NCBI RefSeq assembly: GCF_000737315.1
Contig: NZ_JMCB01000010.1
Coordinates: forward strand, 248,001-312,000
Length of the DNA: 64,000 bases
DNA from: Hyalangium minutum
GTDB taxonomy: Bacteria; Myxococcota; Myxococcia; Myxococcales; Myxococcaceae
Reading direction: 5' to 3'
The position numbers and the translations under genes are program-made. Shown one piece after another: positions 36,214 to 45,981 of the stretch. Each line of letters begins with the position of its first letter. Position 1 is the stretch's first letter. The notes under the pieces are model-generated. The model was not told the DNA's origin. It saw only the letters and a list, made by a program, of their open reading frames with translations, and made no database searches.

Positions 36214-39200
36214 CACGGGTTCACTCCAATCCGCTGGAAGAAGTTGCGCAGGTACTCCTCGGGGACGTCGGCCTTGGCGCCGGCGAGCCCCACGAGGACG
36301 GGCTTGAACTTGAGGGGACGCGCCGTGGAGGGCGCGTGGACGGCGAGCAGGTAAGCGCCCTTGTCGAGCTGCAGGAACTGCTGACAGCCCTCGCCGAGCA
36401 CGCGCTGCTCCAGATCGAGCACGCTGCACTCGAGCAGCTCGGCGGGCACCTGGAGCCCGAGGCCGATGCGGCCAGGGGACTCCGTGGAGAACCGGAAGAA
36501 GCGTGTCTGCGAGGGCGAGATCCAGCTCTCCTCGCTCGCCACGCCCTCCTTCAGCTCCTGGATGAGTTCCTGGGTCCAGCTGAGGTGGCCGGAGAGTGTG
36601 CGATCCGCGAAGCCGCGCACGGCCAGGCGGTAGTTGCCGGGCTTGAGCACCTCATCCAGCGCGCAGCCCTTCTCGCTGCCCTGGACCCGGATGGGCGTGC
36701 TGTCCTGGACGATGCCACACACGCCCGAGTCCGACCGGACATGCACCACCGCCTCGGACACGAGCGTGAAGGAGCGATCCACGCGGGAGCCGCTCAGCTT
36801 GAGCGCCTGGGCTGGGGGCAGAACCGGCGACTGGGCCGAGAAGCTCCCCAGGGCAGCGCTCAGCAGCTCGGTGGGCGGGGTAAGCACAGCGCGGACACCT
36901 CCAATGCCCAGGTCCACCACCGACTCTCCAGAGCGGCCCGGCGGGATCCGGGTCTCGCAGCCCTCCAGCCGGGCTCCATTGTCGAGCGTCGTCACACAGC
37001 GAAGCGCGCCCGTGATGCTCAGCAACCGAGGTGCAGGCTGCGCATTGAACACGAGGCGCTGCTGCGAGGGTCTGGTGCTCACCGCCTCGAACAGGCGATC
37101 CAAGGTCTCGCGGCGCGGCGTGGGATCGATCGAGACCAACTCGGACTGCACGCGCTGTTCCTCGGGAGCGTAGACGAAGAGGGAGCCTCCCTTGCCCGTG
37201 AGCACGCAGGCCGCGAGGCTCGAAGCGGGCGCGCAGAGATCCACCGCCCTGCCCTGCTCATCCACCTGCACGGCCCAAGCACTCTTCGGCAGGGTGAGCT
37301 GTACCCGCGAAGGCGTCGACAGCATGCGCAGCTCGATCGCTGGCCCCTGAGACCAGACGAAGTTCTGCCCCCCCTGCTGCAGCGAGGCCACGACCGAGGG
37401 AACGGGCACCGAGAGCCGCATCAGGGACGCATCACTCGGGCTGAAAGCGGGCGTCCACCACCGTGCCAGGGACTGCTGGGTGGGCCCCGTGGCCGCCACG
37501 CACATGAAGTCATCCTGACGAGCCGTCCCGCCCACGAGTGCACAGGCGGGGTTGCTCCGGTCTCCCACCTGCACAGTGGCCTGGAAGAGGTGCAGCGCGG
37601 AGGCCTTGCTCGACTGTCGCAGCAGCGAGACGTCGCGGGTGAGGCGGGCGCGCTCCGTCTTGGGGCTGTCGATCGCGTCCACCACCTCGCTGAGCTTCAG
37701 CGCGGTCTCCTGCGTCCCGGCGCCACTGAAGATCCACTCGCCCGCCTCCAGGGAGACCTCATCCGCGCAGTTCCGCAGCGCCCCCTTCTGGCCCGAGGGC
37801 AGGCAGTACACTCCCGCGCCCGTCTGATAGCGGCCGGGCTGTGGAATCTTCGCCAGCACCGCCGCTCCCGCCGGAATGCTGCCGCCGGAGGAGGAGGCCA
37901 GCGTGCGAGTGACCAGTGAGGCCGTCACCTGGGCGCTGCTGTCCATCGTCCACACGCGCACCCGCCAAGCAGCACCGCCGGGCCGGACGAGCAGCACGCA
38001 CTCGCGCGTGTCGAGCTGCCGCGTGACAACCGCACCCTGGTCATCCTCGAGCGCGCAGGCAATGGCCGTCTTGGAGCGAAGCGTGAGCTCCTGCACCCCG
38101 TCCCCCGCCACCGCGGGGAGCATGGCGCGCTGCACGCCCGCATCCAGCTTGAGCGCCATCGGGTCCGCGAGCGTGCCTGCATCCGTCATCTTCGCCACCG
38201 CGACCGAGACGCGCGTCGGGCCGGGCTGCTGCGTCTGGCTCTCGAGCACCAGCGTGTAGTCCCCGGCGGCGAACGGCTCGGCGATCGCGCAGTTCCAGTC
38301 CGCACCACGGTCAGCGTTCTCCACGACCAGGCGGCCCTCGCTGTCGAAGATGCGGCAGCGGACGTCCGTATCGCCTCGCGTGGAGAGCCGCAGCGTGCCC
38401 TCGGCCGGCAATCGCAAAGGGAGCCGGTCGGGCACATTCACCACGCGGACCACCCCAGGCACCAGGACATCGACACGGAGGTAGAGGGCATAGGTGATCG
38501 CCACATCACCGCGGCTGTGCTCGGTGATCAGCCGGTACGTTCCCGGCTGCAGCTTCAACGTCCTGCCCGCAGGCGCGGGGGCATCGGTCTCCGGCAGTGG
38601 TCCCTCAGAGGAACTCGAGGATTCGTCAGGCACCTCCTCGGCGTAGGACGGCTCGGGTGGCGGCGCCTCCTCGTAGCTCTCCTCGGACGAACCCTCTCCC
38701 TCTTCCCCTTCCTCGGACGTGGGCTCCGGTGGCGGCACATCCGTGCGAACCCGAGGCATCGTCACGCCCTGCGGACGCGTCAGGTCCGGCGTCATCGGGG
38801 CGATCGTCTCCACCGGCTTGAGCTGGTTGTCCGCACCCACCCGGTAGAGGCGCCCCTGCATCCCGTGCGTCAGCGCGAAGGCGACGTCCACCGGTGCGGG
38901 GAGCTCGAACGAGAACTCGTCCTTGCCATCCTTGCCCAGCTCCACGCGAGACCAGGCGTTGAACGGCAGCGGGTGCATCTTGTTGCCCTTGAGCGTCACG
39001 GTGGGCCGCACCCGCTCGAGCGACGTGCGCCGCATGCTCTCCACCGTGAGCGGGAGCTGCGTCCAGAGGTAGTTCCCGGACGCGAGCCTCATCGTGCTCG
39101 TGCAGGGCGAGGGAATGGGCACCACTGGCCAGCCCTGCGGATCATCGAGCCGGCACTGGAGCGAGCCGCTCTGCGCCGCGGTGCTCAACATATAAGCGCC

Positions 39201-41501
39201 CTGCTTGGGCACGCGGAGCTTCTGCTGGATGAGGTCTCCCGCATCGGCGCGGAAGAAGACCTCCGCCTCGCCGCCCAGGCCCTCCGCGGGCTTCACGGCG
39301 CGGCGATCGAGCACCACCGCGCCCCGGCCCCGGCTCTGGCCCGCCGTGCGCACATCGAGCAGGTAGCGTCCGGGACGCAGGTACGTGGAGACGAGGCAGT
39401 TGCGCCCACGCCCTCCTCCCGACGCTGCTCCCACCTGTTGCACCACGGGCGTCCGGATGTGGCACTCGGTGGACAGCAGGCCCTGGGTCGTCACGTGGTA
39501 GAGCCCGGCGTCCTTCACATGGAAGACGAGCGCGTGCGACTGCTCCCGCTCGAAGTCGAGCCACATGGGGGTCTCCGTCCCGAGCACCGGCAGCGGCGCG
39601 AGGCTCGGGCTCCAGGCGAGCAGTGGCGGCGGCGCCGCGGGAGGAGGAGCCGGCCGGCGCAGAGAGAGCGTGAGGGCCGAGGTCCCCGGGTTCTCGAGCG
39701 TGAGCTCCCCGCCCGTGCCGGGCACCGTGCAGAGCCCACCCTGGGTGTTCACCCGCGTCTCACCGAGCGAGCACTGGAACGGCTCACCACTCAGCGCGCG
39801 GATCTCCACCGGCCTGCCCGCACTCAACGGGAGCTTCAAGCTCTTGCGCCCGTTGAGAACCAGCGCCAGGGGCTCGCTGAGAGTGAGCGGCAGCGGACGG
39901 AGGAACAGGCCCCGGACCGCCTTCTCCGAGTTCCGGGTGGTGCTCATCAGGTAGCTCCCCCCCGCCCGCAGTGACACCCTTGGGAAGAGGCAGGACACCT
40001 TGGTGGCCGTCTCCGTCGTGGGCGGTGGCCCGTCCGCCGCGAGCGTCACCGTCTCGATGCCCTCGGTCCCTCCAAAGAGGCGAAGCTCGTACATGCCCGG
40101 CGTCGCGGGAAAGGCGACGCGGCAGGTGACGGCACTCGGCTGCGTCTCCGTGAGCCGCGAGGTCTGCTTGCCGTCGTAGCGGAACAGCTCGCAGCGGGTC
40201 TTCCGCTCGCCAGCCGTCTGGACGACATAGCGCCCGGAGCGGGTGACCTCGAACTGCAGCGTGGAGGAGCTGCCGTTGTAGTTGAAGGCGCGGCGGAACG
40301 GGCGGTCCGGGCTCACCTCCAGCAGGTCCCTCCCCCGCTGCACGGAATCGGCCATCACGAACACCTCGTTCAGCGTGCACCCCACGGGGGCACTGTCCTG
40401 ATCGAGCGGCGTCTCATGAACCGCGACGAGGTAGTCCGCGTCCTTCTCCGCGACGAAGCTGATGGCCTGCGCTCCGGTTCCGTAGACGCCATCCCGCCAC
40501 GCTCCGTCCAGCAGGCGGGCCCACCGCAGCGTCACGCGGGTGCCAGGCTCGCCCCGGATGAGCGCGACCCGGCGGCTCTTGCTCCGGGCGAACGCGCTGC
40601 ACTCGGGGACAAGCGCCTTGCCGTCGATCTCACAGCTGGACTCAGCCGAGGCGAACAGGTTGGTGGCTCCATTCTCCCTCATGGAGTGCAGGCTCAGGCG
40701 CGTGGTGGACTTGGAACTACCCTCGCGAGAGAGGAAGAACGCAGAGGGCTCGTTGGGAAACTCCAGCGTGGCGAGCCCCGTCTCCGGCAGGGTCAGGCTG
40801 GCCTGCCGATCCTCGGAGGCCTGGGGGAAGCCCCACGCCACCGTGAGGCCCGAGTCGTCCCCCCCACTCTCGGTCCACTCCGTGGAGGCCGTGCCATACG
40901 CGGTCAGCAGGTACACGCCGGGCTCCAGCAGGGTCTCGAACCACCACTCGTGGAGGGGCATGCCGGGACGCGGGCGCGGGGAGGTGTCTCTCGCGGCGAT
41001 GGGCTCCAGCCACTCCCCCGTGCGCCACAGCCGCACGTCTCCGGCGTGCCGCCCGGCAATGCGCAGCGTCACCGGCTGGCGCTCGTCGATCTTGAGCCAG
41101 TACGAAGCTTGCTGGCGTGGCTTCAGGTGCTGCTGCACCTCGCGCCGAGGCTCCAGGCGCAGCGGCGGGGCATTGATCTCCTCGTACGGCCTCACGGACA
41201 GGGCGACGTTGCCCTTGCCCTTGGGCTTCGAGGTGAGCCGCAGCTTGTAGGTGCCCGCGTCCAGCAGCAGGTCCAGCTCACAGCTGGAGCGGCCCACGGT
41301 TCCGGACTGCGCAAAAGGCCCTCGGACGTGGTCGACGATCTCGCAGGCCGTGCCCGCGGGGCTGGAGGCCTTGACGACGTACCGCCCGGCCTTGTCGAGC
41401 GTCAGGATGGCCTCCTGGGCGCCTCGGGCGGGGACGGCCGGAGGCGAGACCGAGGCGGCATGGAGCAACAGCAGGGGGAGCGTGATTAGCGGCAGGCTCA
41501 T
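36213..41501 (-). CDS. Giant secreted hypothetical protein (1762 aa) of repeated PPC/Ig-like beta-sandwich modules
   Basis: At least 8 modules of type F/L-x-V-x-x-x-G-x-Y...C...C...L-x-x-G-x-Y-x-L; hydrophobic N-terminus; acidic Pro/Glu/Ser insert. Confidence 0.85.
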   Translation of the reverse strand: MSLPLITLPLLLLHAASVSPPAVPARGAQEAILTLDKAGRYVVKASSPAGTACEIVDHVRGPFAQSGTVGRSSCELDLLLDAGTYKLRLTSKPKGKGNVALSVRPYEEINAPPLRLEPRREVQQHLKPRQQASYWLKIDERQPVTLRIAGRHAGDVRLWRTGEWLEPIAARDTSPRPRPGMPLHEWWFETLLEPGVYLLTAYGTASTEWTESGGDDSGLTVAWGFPQASEDRQASLTLPETGLATLEFPNEPSAFFLSREGSSKSTTRLSLHSMRENGATNLFASAESSCEIDGKALVPECSAFARSKSRRVALIRGEPGTRVTLRWARLLDGAWRDGVYGTGAQAISFVAEKDADYLVAVHETPLDQDSAPVGCTLNEVFVMADSVQRGRDLLEVSPDRPFRRAFNYNGSSSTLQFEVTRSGRYVVQTAGERKTRCELFRYDGKQTSRLTETQPSAVTCRVAFPATPGMYELRLFGGTEGIETVTLAADGPPPTTETATKVSCLFPRVSLRAGGSYLMSTTRNSEKAVRGLFLRPLPLTLSEPLALVLNGRKSLKLPLSAGRPVEIRALSGEPFQCSLGETRVNTQGGLCTVPGTGGELTLENPGTSALTLSLRRPAPPPAAPPPLLAWSPSLAPLPVLGTETPMWLDFEREQSHALVFHVKDAGLYHVTTQGLLSTECHIRTPVVQQVGAASGGGRGRNCLVSTYLRPGRYLLDVRTAGQSRGRGAVVLDRRAVKPAEGLGGEAEVFFRADAGDLIQQKLRVPKQGAYMLSTAAQSGSLQCRLDDPQGWPVVPIPSPCTSTMRLASGNYLWTQLPLTVESMRRTSLERVRPTVTLKGNKMHPLPFNAWSRVELGKDGKDEFSFELPAPVDVAFALTHGMQGRLYRVGADNQLKPVETIAPMTPDLTRPQGVTMPRVRTDVPPPEPTSEEGEEGEGSSEESYEEAPPPEPSYAEEVPDESSSSSEGPLPETDAPAPAGRTLKLQPGTYRLITEHSRGDVAITYALYLRVDVLVPGVVRVVNVPDRLPLRLPAEGTLRLSTRGDTDVRCRIFDSEGRLVVENADRGADWNCAIAEPFAAGDYTLVLESQTQQPGPTRVSVAVAKMTDAGTLADPMALKLDAGVQRAMLPAVAGDGVQELTLRSKTAIACALEDDQGAVVTRQLDTRECVLLVRPGGAAWRVRVWTMDSSAQVTASLVTRTLASSSGGSIPAGAAVLAKIPQPGRYQTGAGVYCLPSGQKGALRNCADEVSLEAGEWIFSGAGTQETALKLSEVVDAIDSPKTERARLTRDVSLLRQSSKASALHLFQATVQVGDRSNPACALVGGTARQDDFMCVAATGPTQQSLARWWTPAFSPSDASLMRLSVPVPSVVASLQQGGQNFVWSQGPAIELRMLSTPSRVQLTLPKSAWAVQVDEQGRAVDLCAPASSLAACVLTGKGGSLFVYAPEEQRVQSELVSIDPTPRRETLDRLFEAVSTRPSQQRLVFNAQPAPRLLSITGALRCVTTLDNGARLEGCETRIPPGRSGESVVDLGIGGVRAVLTPPTELLSAALGSFSAQSPVLPPAQALKLSGSRVDRSFTLVSEAVVHVRSDSGVCGIVQDSTPIRVQGSEKGCALDEVLKPGNYRLAVRGFADRTLSGHLSWTQELIQELKEGVASEESWISPSQTRFFRFSTESPGRIGLGLQVPAELLECSVLDLEQRVLGEGCQQFLQLDKGAYLLAVHAPSTARPLKFKPVLVGLAGAKADVPEEYLRNFFQRIGVNP

Positions 41502-41733
41502 GGAGGCTTTCGCGCGGGGTTTGCGCGGAGCCTCAACAGCAAGGCACGGGCCAACTCACGCCTCGCCCCAACAGGGCTGCGGCGTGGCACCCCAGCCACG
41601 AGCCCGTGGCCTGATGACCACTGGCTCCTGCGACTCCTCCCTGGCGCTCTCCGGCGAGCCACACCCCGGGACATCTCCTGGCTTGCCTGGCCAGAGCGCC
41701 TCTGTTCAGCATGAGACTCGGAGGAAGAACCCC

Positions 41734-42876
41734 ATGAGCAGCCTTGGCAACACCGGAACAGACGCAGCCGCCACCCGTCCCCCCAGCAGCCTTCGCACCT
41801 ATACCCTCGCGGGCCGCCGAGGCCTGCGAATCTCGCCCCTCTCCCTGGGGGCTGGAACCTTCGGCGACGGCTGGGATCCGGCCTGGCAGTCACCTCCCGG
41901 CGAGATCGACCGCATCCTCGGGACCTACCTGGACGCGGGCGGCAACGTGATCGACACGGCGGACCGCTACCAGAACGGCCGGAGCGAGGAGCTCGTGGGC
42001 ACCTACCTGCGCAAGTCAGGCCGGCGAGACGAGGTGGTGCTCGCGACGAAGTGCGGCTACGGGGTGCCCGGTGACGCCCACCAGGGAGGCAACGCTCGCC
42101 TGACGTTGCAGCGGGCGCTGGAGGCGTCGCTGCGCAGGCTCGGGACGGACGTGATCGACCTCTACCACGTGCACCTCTGGGACACGTTCACGCCCGTGGA
42201 AGAGGTCATGTCGACGCTCGACACGTTCGTGCGGGCGGGAAAGATCCGCTACGTGGGGCTGAGCAATGTGCCCGCGTGGTACCTCGGGCGGGCGCAGACA
42301 CTGGCCGAGTGGCGCGGCTGGGAGCCGGTGGCGGTGTTGCAGGTGAACTACAGCCTGCTGGCGCGCACCATCGAGTACGAGTTCGTCGATGCGGCGCAAG
42401 AGCTGGGGATCGGCCTCACGGCCTGGAGCCCGCTGGCCAACGGCCTGCTCAGCGGCAAGTACCGGGTGAACGAGCAGGGCCAGTTCGAGGGACAGGGGCG
42501 CGTCACGAAGACGTGGGTCACCGACACGACGGTCGAGCCCACGGCCCAGACGAAGCAGGTGCTGGACATGCTCGCGGCCACGGCGGCCGAGCTCGGGCGG
42601 ACACCGGCCCAGGTCGCGTTGAACTGGGTCACGAACCGGCCGGGCGTCGTCTCCACCGTCATCGGTGCGCGAACCGAGGCGCAGCTCCGCGACAACCTCG
42701 CGGCCCTGGACTTCGAGCTGCCGCCAGCGTTCGCGGCCAGGCTCGACGAGGCAGGAAAGCCCCCCGCGCAATACCCCTACTCGTTCTTCACCGATCAGTT
42801 CCACGACGCCACGGTGCGCGCGGGCCTCCCCATCCGGAGCGAGCCCCGGGGCTATCGCGGCCGGGGCTTCCGCTGA
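41734..42876 (+). CDS. Aldo/keto reductase
   Basis: SPLSLGAGTFG, IDTADRYQNGRSEE, LATK, SLRRLGTDVIDLYHVH, GKIRYVGLSN, WSPLANGLLSGKY. Confidence 0.93.
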   Translation: MSSLGNTGTDAAATRPPSSLRTYTLAGRRGLRISPLSLGAGTFGDGWDPAWQSPPGEIDRILGTYLDAGGNVIDTADRYQNGRSEELVGTYLRKSGRRDEVVLATKCGYGVPGDAHQGGNARLTLQRALEASLRRLGTDVIDLYHVHLWDTFTPVEEVMSTLDTFVRAGKIRYVGLSNVPAWYLGRAQTLAEWRGWEPVAVLQVNYSLLARTIEYEFVDAAQELGIGLTAWSPLANGLLSGKYRVNEQGQFEGQGRVTKTWVTDTTVEPTAQTKQVLDMLAATAAELGRTPAQVALNWVTNRPGVVSTVIGARTEAQLRDNLAALDFELPPAFAARLDEAGKPPAQYPYSFFTDQFHDATVRAGLPIRSEPRGYRGRGFR

Positions 42877-42917
42877 GGCCTACGGCGAGGCGGGAGGCAC
42901 AGGTACACTCGCGCCCC

Positions 42918-44678
42918 ATGTTCCAAGCCCCCCTCTTGGTGCTCCTCATGACCACCGCCACGGCCGCCCCCTCCGATACTCCTGCCTGGACCGAGCAGCA
43001 CGCCGCGCAGATCCTCGAGAAGACCCAGACGATCCAGCTTGCGCCGGACCTGTCCACCCTCACTCCGGGTGAGCGCACCGCCCTCTCCAAGCTCCTGGAG
43101 GTGGGGCAGCTCTTCCAGCAGGTCTACGAGGACTCGCGGCACCGGAAGGCGCTCGAGCTCCACAAGCGGCTCGATGGCCAGAAGGGTCCGGCCGCGGAGC
43201 AGCAGCGCCTGTTCTACACGCTGTTCCAAGGCCCCATCGCCACCACGCTGGAGAACCAGCGGATTCCCTTCCTGCCCACCGACTCCATCGTCCCGGGCAA
43301 GAACGTCTACCCCTGGGGCATCACCAAGGAGCAGGTGCAGCAGGTGCTGGAGCGCCACCCGGAGCTCCGCGCTTCGATCCTGGATGTCCGCACCGTGGTC
43401 CGCAGGGCCGATGCCGCATCGCTGCGGAAGGACCTCGATGCGCTGAAGCAATACCCTGTGCTCGACGGGCTCCATCCCGGGCTGAGCGCCAAGCTCCGCG
43501 CGCTGGCCGCGAAGCCGGACCCGGCGATGCTGTACGCCGTGCCCTATGCCGTCGCTTACGCACCGCAGATGGTGAAAGCCCACTCGCTGCTCTGGGAGGC
43601 CGCCTCGGCCGTGGAGGCGGATGACGCCGAGTTCGCCGGCTACCTGCGCAACCGCGCGCGGGATCTGCTCGCCAATGACTACGAGTCTGGAGACGCGGCC
43701 TGGGTACGAGGCCGGTTCCAGCGGCTCAACGCCCAGATCGGCGCCTACGAGGTCTATGACGACGAGCTCTTCGGCTCCAAGGCGTTCTACTCACTGAGCG
43801 TGCTGCTCCGGGATGATGCGGCAACGGCCAGGCTGGAGAAGGCGCTCCAGGGGCTGCAAGCCTTCGAGGACAGCCTGCCCTACGAGCCCCACAAGACGGT
43901 GAGCTCGGACATTCCCGTGGGCGTCTACCAGGTCATCGCGGACTTCGCGCAGGCGCGGGGCACGAACACCGCCACGATCCTCCCCAACGATCCGCTGCAC
44001 GCGCGGCGGTACGGGCGGACGATCCTGCTGCGCTCGAACATCATGAAGCACCCCAGCCTCTTCGCGAATGGGCGCTCGGCGTGGGAGGCGGTGATGGCCG
44101 AGCCGTTCCGCAACCACCTCGGTCCCAGCGGCGGCTTCAACCGGACGCTCTGGCACGAGGTGGGCCACTACCTCGGTGTGGATCGCGACGTGAAGGGGCG
44201 CGCGGTGAGCAGCGATGCGCTGGAGGAGAACTCGAGCGCCCTGGAAGAAATGAAGGCGGACCTGGTGTCGCTGTACCTCGCCCAAGCGCTGCGCGAGCGC
44301 GGCTTCTATGACGACACCACCCTGCGTGAGCTCTACGCGAGCGGCATTCAGCGCGTGCTGCAGATCGTCCGTCCGAGGCGAGACCAGCCGTACCAGACGA
44401 TGCAGCTCATGCAGATGAACTACTTCCTGGAAAACGGGCTGCTGGAGTCCCGCCCGGACGGCCTCCACATCCACTACGAGAAGTACCCCGAGGTGGTGGG
44501 CCGGCTGCTGCGCGAGGTGCTGGCCATCCAGCGCGCCGGAGACAAGGCGGCCTCGGATCGGTTCATCGAGAAGTACACCCGCTGGGACGACGCCCTCCAT
44601 GGCGCCCTGGCCACGAAGATGCGCGCCCAGCAGAAGTACCGCTACACGCTCGTGAAGTACGAGGCGCTCGGCCAGTAG
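42918..44678 (+). CDS. Secreted Zn-dependent hydrolase, peptidase M49 (DPP III)-like
   Basis: IGAYEVYDDELFGSKAFY, TNTATILPND, LWHEVGHYLG, ALEEMKAD; N-terminal signal ..ATA. Confidence 0.8.
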   Translation: MFQAPLLVLLMTTATAAPSDTPAWTEQHAAQILEKTQTIQLAPDLSTLTPGERTALSKLLEVGQLFQQVYEDSRHRKALELHKRLDGQKGPAAEQQRLFYTLFQGPIATTLENQRIPFLPTDSIVPGKNVYPWGITKEQVQQVLERHPELRASILDVRTVVRRADAASLRKDLDALKQYPVLDGLHPGLSAKLRALAAKPDPAMLYAVPYAVAYAPQMVKAHSLLWEAASAVEADDAEFAGYLRNRARDLLANDYESGDAAWVRGRFQRLNAQIGAYEVYDDELFGSKAFYSLSVLLRDDAATARLEKALQGLQAFEDSLPYEPHKTVSSDIPVGVYQVIADFAQARGTNTATILPNDPLHARRYGRTILLRSNIMKHPSLFANGRSAWEAVMAEPFRNHLGPSGGFNRTLWHEVGHYLGVDRDVKGRAVSSDALEENSSALEEMKADLVSLYLAQALRERGFYDDTTLRELYASGIQRVLQIVRPRRDQPYQTMQLMQMNYFLENGLLESRPDGLHIHYEKYPEVVGRLLREVLAIQRAGDKAASDRFIEKYTRWDDALHGALATKMRAQQKYRYTLVKYEALGQ

Positions 44679-44719
44679 CCGAGGGGGCTCTCGTGAGCCC
44701 CGACACGGCCGTGGGTGGC

Positions 44720-45949
44720 TCAGCGAACCTGGAGGAAGGAGAACGAGATGCCCGACAGGCTCGCGTCCACCTTGCCACTCTGATCGGTCAGCTCGCGGAG
44801 GTTCGTCGACGCGGAGCCGTTGGTGAACTCGGTGAAGATCGTCCGATCACCGGCCGGGAAGATGAAGGTGCTGCCCGTGGTCGCGGGGAGCTTATCGACC
44901 GGCGTGGCCGCCAGGGTGTCGAGCCGCAGCTGCCACCACTTCCACGCGGACGCGCTCGCCAGCACGCGGGGGTGCGTCCCCTGCTGCACCTGGAAGAGGC
45001 TCTCATCGAAGACGCGCAGGTAGGCGGTGTTATTGGGACCCGGCAGCAGCGAGCCAACGGTCCCTCCCTTCGTGAGCGCGCTGAGTTCCTGGTAGAAGGT
45101 CCCATCAAAGGTCAGGGACTGAGGATCGAACCGGAGCAGGCACGGCACCGGCGTGTCACCGCCCGCGACCCGGTAAACCGCCGCCCCGTACACCTCCGTG
45201 GCGAGGTAGACCTTCCCGTCAGCGCCCAGGACGCCATCCCGCACATAGCCGCAGCGCGTGTCCGTCACGACCTTCGCCGTGTCGGTCTTCGAGTCGACGA
45301 CGACGACGCCCGCCTGCTTCGTGATGCCGATCCCGGTGGTCGGCCGCCAGCCCATGGGCACGATCACCTGATCGCCACGGCGGATCGGATGCGTGGCGAA
45401 GGACAACAGCGCCCCTGAGACCGTGACGTCGGGGAGCGCGATGCTGCCCGTGACCGACATATCGGTGGGGTTCCAGATGATGACCTGCGCCGTGCGCCCG
45501 TCGAAGTAGTAGGCCTTGGTCTCCGAGATGAACTGGAACTGGTTGTGGTACTCACCAATGGACGCGACGCCCTTGCCCTCGAAGCTCACGGTGGCGCCCT
45601 TCTCCAGGCGGCCGTCGCTCGTCAGGTTGTAGCGGGTGACCGTGGCGTTCTCGCTGCCGCCCACGAACAGGCTGCGCGACTTCGGGATGCCGACGCCGAG
45701 CGCCCGGCCGGGGAGCTCGATGGCGTTCTCCAGCTTCAGCTCCCCGGAGACGTCCAGCGTGTCCGTCAGGACGATGTAGCTCTGAGGCGTGTCGGTCGTC
45801 ACGATCTGGGTCGTGATGGCATACAGCGGAGTATCCGTGGGGGTGTTGTCGTCGGGCTCCTGCTTGTCCTCGCCACAGGCTGCCAGGAGAGGGAGGGCGA
45901 GTGCCGTCACCGCGAGGCACAGGGTTCTGAGGTGCGCTACGAACTTCAT
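44720..45949 (-). CDS. mxcI: MxcI-like lipoprotein (TonB receptor partner, probable beta-propeller)
   Basis: Lipobox LAAC; immediately downstream of the TonB-dependent receptor at the end of the myxochelin cluster. Confidence 0.75.
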   Translation of the reverse strand: MKFVAHLRTLCLAVTALALPLLAACGEDKQEPDDNTPTDTPLYAITTQIVTTDTPQSYIVLTDTLDVSGELKLENAIELPGRALGVGIPKSRSLFVGGSENATVTRYNLTSDGRLEKGATVSFEGKGVASIGEYHNQFQFISETKAYYFDGRTAQVIIWNPTDMSVTGSIALPDVTVSGALLSFATHPIRRGDQVIVPMGWRPTTGIGITKQAGVVVVDSKTDTAKVVTDTRCGYVRDGVLGADGKVYLATEVYGAAVYRVAGGDTPVPCLLRFDPQSLTFDGTFYQELSALTKGGTVGSLLPGPNNTAYLRVFDESLFQVQQGTHPRVLASASAWKWWQLRLDTLAATPVDKLPATTGSTFIFPAGDRTIFTEFTNGSASTNLRELTDQSGKVDASLSGISFSFLQVR

Positions 45950-45981
45950 GGAAGGTTCCTTTCTTCTATCTACAGGTTGGT

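Noticed and set aside
30781-36354. 1857-aa plus-strand ORF antisense to the A2M gene; similar long antisense ORFs at 4247-7288, 46489-48333, 51221-54004 and 57721-60174
   Set aside because: Shadow ORFs expected opposite high-GC3 coding genes; Arg/Gly/His-rich with no family motifs, while the opposite strands carry clear enzyme motifs.
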